Below, one piece after another: positions 49,904 through 61,900 of a stretch of 64,000 nucleotides of DNA (position 1 is its first letter; the number at the start of each line of letters is the position of its first letter). The notes beneath the pieces are model-generated. The model worked only from the letters and a program-made list of their open reading frames with translations, did not search any database and was not told the DNA's origin. Both the position numbers and the translations under genes were made by a program. Origin of the DNA: Diadema antillarum (taxonomy: Eukaryota); contig NW_027271406.1 in NCBI RefSeq assembly GCF_040938485.1, forward strand, positions 1,054,001 to 1,118,000, read 5' to 3'.

Positions 49904-52900
49904 TCAGTCTGGTGATGTCTTCCCTCGTTTGCGAGATCTCGTCTCTCTCTTGCCGTCGCTGCCACTCCCCTCATCATCCTCTGCCGCTCCGTCAGGTTTT
50001 CGCTTCCTGCGACTCAGACGTTTCGGCCTCTTGTCCTCTCTACGGAACTCGGGGCTGAGGGAATAAAACAATGCAGTTTTCAGATTTCATTTGCAACTTG
50101 CACCATCGATTTCAAAAGCCAGACTATGCTTATATTGGCAACATCTCATGGACTAAGAAAAAGTTGGATTTTTAATTTCAGCACTGTGTACTGCAAAAAT
50201 CAACCTTAACTGCTATATTTACATCATTACATCAGCTCGCATCTCAACAAATCGTGGGGTATCAATAACTTCCTCAAGGCAAAGGAGAATAAATATCGTT
50301 ACTATACCAGAGCTTTGATACACTGAAAGCTAAGAATCCACAGTCTACAGTCCATTTCAAAGGTCCAACCAAGGAATTCATTTTAAAAGCTAACACCATT
50401 TCAAATTTCTACCCATGTCAGTGCTTACATTGCTAGTTTTTATCAGATTTCCAAGTCAATACAAACCTTTCTGGGATGACATCAAGATTACCAGGTGAAG
50501 GATTATCACCATGGCTACCAGAAGTTTCACTGAATGTCTGCAAAGAGAGCACAACATGATTATGACTTGATATTTTCTGCAAGGCTCATGATAATTTTTC
50601 TACGGTTGTAATACTTATATATCTCTTCTTCTGATGTAACTTGGTGCCATATTCATAAACATATTCTGTTTTCTCTTTATTAAGAAACACATATATTACC
50701 TTGATGAACATGGCACAGTGGTAAACACATTCTTGATTGAGCGATGACATCCTACCAAAAACTCACACATGGTCAAGGTAACAAAGAAGAGCAGTGTGCA
50801 TGAATTGTCTTCAAAGAGAAAGATAGGCAGCTGGACACAAGAACCACAAATAATGTGAGACTAGGGTATATAGCTCCCAAGAGGAAATGCAGAACATGAT
50901 TTTAAAGGCATAATTAACCATTTGCAGATGAAACAAAAACCCAGCATTAGTGCTTCAAAATAGTTTTAAAATGTGAGTTATGGATAGAAACAACCAATAT
51001 GAAAATTTGAACCAGTATAATTGATTTCAAGTATTGTTAAATATACAAAATGTGAACAATAGTTATAACAAAAATGCTTCCAGACTAAACCATCTACAGT
51101 TATGATTTAATGAGAAAAATAGTGATATTTACCTCCGCCAAGGGAGGAGGTTATGTTTTCGTTACCACTGGTTCATGTGCTTGTTCGTTAGTTTGTCCAT
51201 GTGCAAAATAACTCAAAAAGTAGTTAACGGATTGGGATGAAACTTGCAGGAAAGGTTGAGAATGACAAAAGTAACAAACGATTAACTTTTGGTGGTGATC
51301 CAAGAATTTTGGGGGAATTTATGAAGGATTTTTCATATTTTGGCAGGTAGGGTCAATGAACTTGGGAGTTCAGGCTGCGCATATTTGAAATTGCATGCGT
51401 GCACTAAAGTGCGTGCTCTAGTTTCTGCTAGGGCGAGGCGCGAAGTGCAGCTGAGGGTTTATGACGTAACAAAGGCTTCTATATTGGGAAATCGGGCGAC
51501 TTTCAGCACACAATGCTATAAGTACATATGGGTGGAAATCACTGATATCTCTATGGAAGAACAAGATCAGTGGTGGAAATGAGGTGCATGCTTGGCGGAG
51601 GTCTGCGCTCTCAGAGTGCTTTTCTAGTTCCTTATATTTTAGGCTTTATTGCAAAAATTTTATATGGTAGGATGTTTTGTGATACAACTGACCTACACAT
51701 ATGCATCAAAATTGATATCTTGAACATTTTTTAGATCACTGCTCCCAAAGGTAAATAGGACCTTTATAGAGAAGAAGCACTGGTAGTAAGTTCCATACAG
51801 AGCCAAACATAATCAGACAGTAACGTCTCAAAATATAAAACTATCAAAGTCTGGCATGAAGACTACCTCTGGAGTGACTGCACTGCTACCCTCGGAAATG
51901 GAATCTATGTCGTTCAGGAGAAGTAAGTTTGGCGGAGGTGGAACGGGGAGTGAGGTAGAGGCTTGTTCTGCAGATTCCAAAGTTTCTGAGTTCACAACAC
52001 CTGAGAAAATGATACACAAGAAAATAAGAAGACAGTAGAACTACACCATGGCAAATTTTGAATACCATTACATTTTTTATACAGTGTTGGTGCCAATACA
52101 TCAGTTTAAAAAAAAATGAAAAAAATAAATAAATAATATATTTAGAATAATTACATTTGCAATAAATAACATATTTCTTTCATGGCTGAAACAATGGAAT
52201 ACAAACTGTAATCATGGAATCATGCTCTGAAGAGAGCATCTAAGGAGTTCTAGTAATAACCTGTTTCTATCTGCAATGATATGAATTACGTCCCTGCAGA
52301 AATCTCCAAAAATAACCACTGTCTTTACCCCATTTTCAAACTCACAAAAACCAAGATTAAACATGTTGCTAAACACTGAAGATATTTTAGTGAAACTTCA
52401 TTCAGCCAAAATTTAGTCTGTACCTCTTCTTTTGCTATTTAGAACTTCTTATCAATTTTAAATCAATGTAATACCCTGCTCACGATGAGTAGATGAAAAT
52501 TAGCATTTACCTTTTTTCATAAAAACTTGGAAGCAATATTCCATGCAAATGACTACATCCATGGACAAGCACTCACTTATTCTTAACCCTAACTTACCTG
52601 GGCTATATAGCGAGCTTGAATTCCTGGGGGGGGGGGGGGGGGGGGGGGGGGCATTATGGCCCCCCTTCAGATCTCGGCCGTTGATCGCGCGATTGCCGCA
52701 AAATTTTGCATGAATATACAGCCGGATGTAATCTACAAGACTGTCAAGTTAAATTTTCAAAAAATTTGCATTTTCTATTTTAAATTAATTAATTATGCAA
52801 ATATATGCAAAAACCTAATTTTCGTCTGTAATTGGCTTATAAAAGCCTACGGAATGCTGATTTTTGGTGTAAATATTCCCAGTGACATTCCCAACATTTG

Positions 52901-55900
52901 TGCTAAAAAAAAATCCAGTATCAAAATTAATTTCTTATGTTTTTTATTGTTTTATCAATTTTTATGTATTTCTTTGTTTTGTCAAACTTTTGTTTTTGTT
53001 GTTTTTTCAGCAGAATTTGTCATACACATTTTTTGAAGCATAATTACACTAAAATAAATTGATTTCAGCCATTGAAATTAAAAATATGAATCTTGATATG
53101 AATTAATTGAAAAAAAACAATTTGTATTGACTTTGTACACAAAATCACGTTTTTGAGCAATTTTGGGGTTGACGAAAATTTTTTGAAGGGGCGTGGCTTC
53201 AGAACGGTATGTCAGGGCGCGACAAATTTGATCTCAAAAGTTGCGCGAGACTTGAAAGTAAAAAGTCAGCGAGTGGCGCAGTCAAAAATTTTTGCGTGCC
53301 GGAATGGTCGGAGAATTCGTTGGGGGGGGGGCATTATGCCACCCCCCAGGTAAGTTAGGGTTAAAGACTGTATTGCTCTTACCTTCCTTTGTCCAGTTGC
53401 TCTCTAACGGCTGCTGATCTGAGATGGGTCTCCTGTCTGAACGCCCTACTGAGCAGCGACCAAAGACTGGACTCACTTTTTCATCTTCATCCATGTCCAT
53501 GGGCTCCTCTGGGCCTTCCACTCCAGTAACCATGGTAGCATGATGGTCTTCCACTTCATCCACTGCGGCAACATCCAGGCAGCTCCCAGCAGCAGCACTC
53601 CCGTGCGCTGGTAGCACCATGTCACTCTCGAATCTCTTCCCTGCATCTTCGTTCCCTCCGATACCATCTTCCTGCTGTTGTATCAATCTATCAGAAACCA
53701 CATTAGCCTGTGCCCGTACATTCCCATCAATACCACGTTCCATCCACATCCTCTTTCCTTCCGCATCACCACCAACATTACCATGGTTTGTCTCTGTCGG
53801 TGCGGTTACTACCTTAACAGAATTAGTTCTCTTGGTGTCAAGGTCTACTTGTACAGAGTCCTGGGCCTGGAAGCTCCCATCGTCCGAGGCTGCAGAGGAG
53901 TTGGTATCGGCGGAAGGGGAGGGAAGTCGTGGCTCCGGTCCTTCTCTCGGTGCTGCTGCTGCTGCTGACTTCTTGGACTTGAGGTTTAACCTCTGTCTTG
54001 TGTTCTTGATGAGTTCATGGAATTGTGAGCCGTGAGACTTCACTGGCATGAAATGAGAAACAAGACATAAAATAATAATCGTATGGAGGAGCAACATTCT
54101 GATCAATCCGTGAACTCTGTGGTGAGACTGTATAATCAATTTATGTGCATGCCAGAAGAATATATCACTAATCCTAAAATCAAACCTGCTCCTGTTAACA
54201 TTAGCAGGTGCGATAAAATGAGCAATATCCTGCAGTGCCAATTGTACAATGTAGGATGTGATGCTACAAAGATCAGTGTATGAACATGAACATGAAAATC
54301 ATTGCTGTCCATGCCAATTCCCCTCTGTTTTCTGGAATTATTTCCCTTATTCTCAAGTTCACCACATTGATCTGTAACAGGTTTCTGATATACAAGTTGC
54401 CCTGAATGACTTCACACAACTCTTAGTTGTCAGTTTTTCATTTTTGTTTGTTTGGTTTTATTTTTTGTTTTGTTTGAATGACTTAAGACAATTCTTAGTT
54501 GTCAGTTTTTTTTTGGTTTTTTTTTCCCGTTTTTTTTTTTTTTTCCTTTGGGGGGGGGGGGGGGTGGGGGTGGTGGGGGAGGTACATACTCTACAATCCG
54601 TGAACTTCCTTAATTTAATTTATGAAATAGTAAGATGCAAACCTTATAAAAGCAGACATGCTTTGTACTAAACATCACAGCACTTAAAAGCAGTTCAGAA
54701 AGACAAAAATCTTCAGTATGAACAGTTTTTAGCCTTACACCTTTAAATCTACATCCATTAAACCCAAAGACCTTGCAAGAATGTTAACACATTTTACCTC
54801 CACCAAGGAAGGTTATGTTTTCATCGGCGTTTGTTTGTTTTTCTCTTTGTCTGTGTGCAAAATAACTCAAAAAGTTGGGGACGGATTTCGATGAAACTTG
54901 CAAGAAAAGTTGATGATACAGGGAACAGATGATTAAATTTTTGTAGTAATGCAGGAATTTTTATGGTTTTTTTAAGGATTGTTAAAAATGTTTTTGCAGA
55001 TAGGGTCAATGAACTTGGGAGATAAAGCTGCACGTATTTGAGGTTTGCATAATATATGCACTCTAAAGCACATGCTCTGCTACGGCAAGGCGCCACACAG
55101 CTGGAAGTTGATGACGTAAACAAAAGACTTCTATATTGGGAAATTGGACGATTTTCAGTATGTGAGTATGGGCGGAAATAAGCTGCTTGGCATAGGTCTG
55201 CGCTCTCAGAGAGCTTTTCTAGTTTAAAATGCAAGCATTGGAATACTTACAGTAATCTTGTTGAGATCTCGTGACCTCCTCTTCAGACTGTGATCTGGAA
55301 ACTTTTAGTCTCTGTTGAAGAAAACATGGAGTGTTTTGTGAGTTGATGTTCAACCATCACACAATTGTACATGCCACACATTTTGCAGTGTCTTCATTTT
55401 CATGAACCTTGTGAGTCATTAGGTATTCACAAAATTGAAAACTCGTGTCATTATTGTTTCTTATGACAGAAATACATTGTACAATGTTAATTGTCTCCAA
55501 CGAAGAAAATCACTACTTCAGAAAGGACACCATTGTTCAGATTATGAATTCAACCACTCGTGAAATTGTCTAAAAAGTCACAATTAATTAAGTACCATGA
55601 TTACATTATATTTGACAAATACATTACAAAAATCCCTTGAAAGATCACATTATTTTGATGTAAATGATTCAAACCAAAATCATGTTGTACGCAATATGAT
55701 CATGTCAATGATTTACTGGGGGGAAATGCAAGTAATTTTTTCCTAGATTCGGAATATATGACATCCAATTTTGTAGTTATTCACTTTTCAAAGTTTGTGT
55801 CTCACACATGATACTGAATTATCCCATTTCCCAACAATCAGGACTGGGGTTGCAAACAAAGCTGTCTATTATTTCAAATAATCATGGTACTTAAAATGTG

Positions 55901-58900
55901 GCAGACTTCCAAGGATAGATCAGGACTTGATCTACTACTACCATCCCCATACAAACAATTATTTGAATTATGATTGTTTTAAGTGGCTACTAGGGAAGAA
56001 AGGAATGCTTAGAAGAAAGCAACCACAGGACCAACGTCCCGAAGTTCCCTTCGAGGGACAAGGCAACGAGGATGAAGTTCCTTGCCTAAGTACACAGATG
56101 CTGTAGCCAGGGGACTTGAACCAGCAACCTCATAATTGAAAGTCCATGGCCTTATCCATTCGGCCACAAGGGCATATTCAAAGAGTTGATGGATAAATCA
56201 GTAAATTAACCTACTGATACTATTAACACAACAGTAATTAATTACCTCCATTAATGGAGGAGGTTATGTTTTCATCAGCGTTGGTTTGTTTGTTAGATGG
56301 TTTGTTTGTCTGTGTGCAAAATAACTCAAAAACGAATTTGGATGAAACTTATAGGAAAGGTTGAGAATGACACAAGAAACAGACGATTAAATTTTGGTAG
56401 TGATGCGGGAATATTTTACGGATTTTATGAAGGATTTTTGATATTTTGGCATGTAGGGTCAATGAACTTGGGGAGTTCAAGCTGCGCATTTTTTGAAGTG
56501 TGCATACGCCCACTAAAGTGCCTGTTCTAGTTTCTGCTAGGGCGAGGGGTGCCACGCAGCTAGAGGTTGATGACAAAATATCACTGAAGGTGATTAATAC
56601 CCCCGCCCCGTGACCACAGTCTTACCCAAGGAATGATCTTTCCTTGATCTTCTGCCATTTAAATGCCGTTACCATGGCAACGCAGCTTCCGACACGTCCG
56701 AAAAATATGTCTTGCACATCTTCCCACCAAGACTATTGTGTGTGCCACATTTCATAAGCTTTTGTCAAAAACTGAGGAAGTAGTTCAATCCACAAGATCT
56801 TTCCTTGATCTTCCGCCATTAATATGCCATTACCATGGCAACGCAGCTTCCGACACGTCCAAAAAATATGTCTTGCACATCTTCCCACCAAGACCAATGT
56901 GTGTGCCACATTTCATGAGCTTCAGTCGAATACAGAGGAAGTAGTTCAATCCGCAAGATCTTTCCTTGATCTTCTGCCATTTACATGTATATGCCATTAC
57001 CATGGCAACGCAGCTTCCGACACGTCCGAAAAATATGTCTTCCACATCTTCCCACCAAGATCAAGGTGTGTGCCACATTTCATAAGCTTTGGTAAAAAAA
57101 CTGAGGAAGTAGTTAAATCCGCAAGATCTTTCCTTGATCTTCTGCCATTAATATGCCGTTACCATGGCAACGTACTTTCGGGTACTGTCAAAAAATGCGT
57201 TTTGCACATCTACAACCAAAGGCACACATCTGTACCAAGTTTCATGGAAATTGGGCAAAAACTGAGGAAGTAGTTTGCAACACAAAATTTTCCATCATTT
57301 TGGCTCATAATATGTGAGCTGTTACCATGGCAACATACTTTTTGTCACTGTCAAGAAATGTGTCATGCTGACCTATATCCTAAGACAAACATTCAATATG
57401 AATTCCATGAGAATTGGAAGAACACTGATGAAGCAGTTTTGCCATGAAGCATTTTGCCCTATATTTTACCAATAGCATGCCGTTACCATGGCAACGCACT
57501 TTTTGCCACTGCGGAAATATGTGTCTTGCACATTAACATATTCAGATGAACATCTGTACCTAATTTCATAAAAATTGATCAAAAACTGTGGGAGGAGTTC
57601 GCGACGCAAGATTTGTACCCATTTTTGCCCATAATATGCCGTTACCATGGCAACGTACTTTTGGGTACTGTCAAAAAATACGTCTTGCACATCTACAACC
57701 CAAGGCACACATCTGTGCCAAGTTTTATGGGAATCGGTTGAAAACTGAGGAAGTAGTTCGCGACACAAGATTTGCAACGGACCGACCGCCCGACCGCCCG
57801 ACCGTCCGCTGATTCCTATATACCCCCTTCAAACTTTGTTTGGCGGGGGTATAATAACAAAAGGCTTCTATATATAATTGGGAAATTGGGTGCTATTCAG
57901 CATGCATACGTATGGCTGGAAATCACTGATCTCTATGGAAAAACAGGATCAGTGGTGGAAATGAGCTGCTTGGCGGAGGTCTGTGCTCTCAGAGTGCCTC
58001 TCTAATTTTCACTGTTTTCACCATCTTTCCCTTTAAGCATAAAAGCAATGAGCAAAGCTCCACCCCAGAAACGGTAACGGTTTGAAGGAATAATCCTCCA
58101 TCTGTCACACCTGGTCAGCCTGAGTTGTGGTGGGTTGTGACTTGAGCTTATCCATCCTGTTGAAATCCTTCACTATGGCCTCCACTGGCATTGGGTTTTC
58201 TGCATCGCACTGAGCATTGTACATCAGTGTGAATTCTTGCAACCTCCTTCCCAGCACCTGGATCAAATAAAACAAAACAAGTATTCAAAATGAAGACACA
58301 TATGTAGAGAAGTTCTCCTAGATACTCTAATTTTGGCTTCAGAAAATGGGCATAAGAGAAAAAAATTGGGTCTTCCACTGTCTGCAGATATGTGCAAGCA
58401 GAACAATTACTGGATAGTGGAAAAAGTGAAAACACAAGGAAGCTATTGTTTCTCAAAAAGTGTAAATGTGACCCTGCACCTCAAAACAAACAAAAAGTCG
58501 CCAGACATGAATTTTTAGTTAAGACCATATTCTAAAAGAACAGACTTTAAGCTTTAAAATGATGTATAACTAAAATCAAATGGACTCTCCTAACCTATCT
58601 AAATATTGGAAAGAAAGCACAAACTCGGGAAAAGTGTGAACTGAGAAGAGGCTCTGAAGTACAGTGTCTATTCAAGCGCTTAATCTTTACCACTCCGTGC
58701 TGGCTGTGCGATGAATGGGACAAAAAACAGGAAGTAAACCACCAGAGTAATAACAATGAAGGGATTATCAGATTAAATTGAAATTAAATATGCCTCATTA
58801 ACACATTCTGTCCATAATTAATGCCAACTTTCAAAGCAGTAGCCCTATCCTTTCAAAAGTTATTAGAGTTGAAAGTGAAGAGTGTGGACAAGGTTTTTCA

Positions 58901-61900
58901 GAAATGAAAAAGGGATTCTAAAGACACACCTAATCACACTATTCTACCAAAAATGTTCGAGATAAACTGCCAAAAAAACACACTTTCCTGCCCATTTTAT
59001 GATACCAAATTTTAGCATAATGTAAAAGAAGACCGGCTCTTTCTGAAAATATGAAAAAGTCAAGTTCGGCTAGGTTGACCAATTTCACTTATTTCAGTCC
59101 TCACGCAAAATCAGTGTGTGCGACTTTATGTTCGTTTTGAGGTGCACGGTCACAAATATTCTATTACATACATCACAGTGAACAAAATCATTAATAGTGT
59201 TACATGTTTGAAGAAATCGCTTCACAGACAGACATACATGTTGCACAATGATGACAAACGATGAAAGGAAAACCCTGCAAAGAATTTGGACACTTGTTTG
59301 CACCTAAAAGGCACAACAAAACACTTATATTATATCAATATCTTCGACAGTCTGGTACCTACCGGCTTGTTGCCCTGTGTATTTAGGCCATGTTCTTTCA
59401 GTTTCTTCCTCAGCTCCCGCTCAGACATCACACTGGACACAATTTTGGGCAGAGGTTTTCGCTTTGGAGCACTGCCATCAAGAAAGATGGGATTCATGAG
59501 TTCAAACGGGAGATGTAATATCTCTCTGCACTAGTTTTTGCCTACCTGATCAAGGATAGTGCCATAACATCTTTGTTTGACAGAATGTATGCTCTATAGG
59601 AAGTCACTTGCCTTTTATTACCATTATCATCCTTACTATGTTTGCGCAATTATTGCTAATAATACGAATAGTAGGCATTATTATGGCATCACAATGGTGC
59701 TGGCTGCAGAAGGAGACAGTTTTAAAATGCTCCAGTGAAATGTTTACAGGTGTCAGAGGAGCATGAGTACTTTTGAAAGAGGAGGGTCTCAAACAATGAA
59801 TGCAACTGGGCAAAATGACCTTTTTTTTTATTGTATTAGTTGAACAGGTTGCATTTATTGTTCAAAAACCCACTAAGAAGATAAACAGGGTTCTGGGTTT
59901 GTTTGTTTTTTCCATATTACAAAAGACGTATCAAAGAGTTGGTAGGCTCTCAAGGTAGGCTCTCATATTTATCTCTATTCCACTGCAGTCAGAGTTTTGG
60001 TAAACACTATTGTGGAACATCCTCCCTAAGTACGGCTGCGGTGCTGGATGTTGTCTCATACATTATAGCCATTGTCAGATAACTGCAGATGGACAGATAG
60101 CTGGACACATCCCTGGGGCAAATAAAGATGTTCTCCACTACTGCATAACTTAGCTTCAATCACTGAATCAAAGCTATAAAAAAAAAACCAAAACAAAACT
60201 AGAAATGTAGCTATGGCGACTGGTATGCCTCCACCATAATACATGATTCTCTTAATAGGTCTATAGTACATGTGGACAATGTGTGATTACAATTTCATAA
60301 AACTAGCAAAATATTAAAATGACATGTTTGTAACAAATTTGCTGAATGTTCACCTTCCTTGACCTAGGTTTAACTGGATGACTGGGAGAGCATGTATTTG
60401 GGGATTTTATGACTTTTACTTGACCTTTGCCTCTAAAATTCATAAGAGAATCACTGTCAGGCAGAACATGGATGAATATGTAATAAGTTTCAAGATAACT
60501 TGAACCACTTCCAGCATATGGAGGAAGAAGTAAAGTTCAGCACTTTTACTTGATCTTTGACCTTTTGACCTTTAAAAAAAAAAAAAAAAACACTTCCCAG
60601 AGAATCTCTATTGGGTAATACAGACATACACCAAGCAAAAAAATTGCATAAATACTCGGGAAATAGTAAAATGTTGAATTATTGCCCTTGACCTTTGACC
60701 CTGACCTTTGACCCCATGAACCCAAAATTCCTTAGATAATCACTGCCAGTTAGTGCATGCATATATACTATGTTCCACGAAGATACCTTGAACCATTTCC
60801 AAGATATGGAGAAAAAAAGTGAAATTTTAACATTTCTACTTGACTTTTGACCTCACGACCCCAAACTTTCACCAGAAAATTTTAATTGGGTAATACATGT
60901 ATACACTAAGTTTCAAGAAAATATCTTCAGGCATTGCATAGATATGGGGGAAATAGTGATATTTTGAGCATTTGACCTTGACCTTTTGACCTTTGACTTT
61001 AAGCATGTGCACCCAAAAGTTGATAGGCACAACTTTACCCCCTAATACACATACATGCCAAGTTTCATTGGGATATCTTAAAAGGTTTTTTAGTTACGCC
61101 GTCCACAAAATTTGATTACGGACAGACAGAAGGACGGATAATCTGAAAACATAATGCCTCCGGCACCACTTCGTGGCGGAGGCATAACAAACTAAACAAA
61201 CAAACAAACAAACAAACAAATAAAAAAACAATTAAAAAAAAATCTCACAAGAGGCGAGAGGTGTCTCCTTACCTCTTCTTGACCTCATCCTCTGTACTTT
61301 TCTTCAGGCAGAAGTCAAGATGTGTGTTGACATGCTTTTCAAGGATGGGAACCCCACAAACTGGGCACTCAACTAGAGATATAATAATAATAATAATAGC
61401 TGGTTTTTATATAGCGCATTTCACACGCTTCAGGGTTTCAATGCGCTTTACAGACTATTGTTACCCCGGTCACTGGATACATTATTTCCAACCAGCACTA
61501 ACAGTGCTCATTCTCCACTCCCTGGGGAGCATTCCAGCCAGTCGCAGATATAAAAGGAGTAAAAAAAAAAATACAACAACTAACTGAAATGCTTTGATAA
61601 ATTACACAATTTTGCTGCTCCTGATGCTAAAACGTTTAACCATTTGTTTATGAACTTGGAACAATTTGAAAGGTTATTTCGCTGACATAAAATGAATTGT
61701 TAAAAAAAAACTACAAGAGTGAAATGCAAAGGATCATGTAAGTGATATTTACTGATAGTTACTCTCGTAACATCTGTCTGAACTGGTGATAGAGGAGCAC
61801 CACTGGCTTTGATATGAAAAAAAAAATGAAATAATCACCCCTCTCACTATGAGCCCCAGAAGCACTCTTCTTGGCAGAGGGAGGTTCCCTTGCATAGTTT

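Noticed and set aside
53476-53477. AAA|GTGAGT as the constitutive donor of the large RAD18 exon
   Set aside because: It is phase 0, which does not fit the next exon (phase 1). AAG|GTAAGA at 53382 keeps the frame.
56110-56173. tRNA gene
   Set aside because: A and B boxes are present but the cloverleaf is degenerate and runs directly into a SINE body.
56640-57770. CRISPR-like array (recurring semi-palindromic GTTACCATGGCAAC)
   Set aside because: The sequence between cores is homologous from unit to unit, so there are no unique spacers. The context is eukaryotic, there are no cas genes, and the array lies inside a Helentron-like element.
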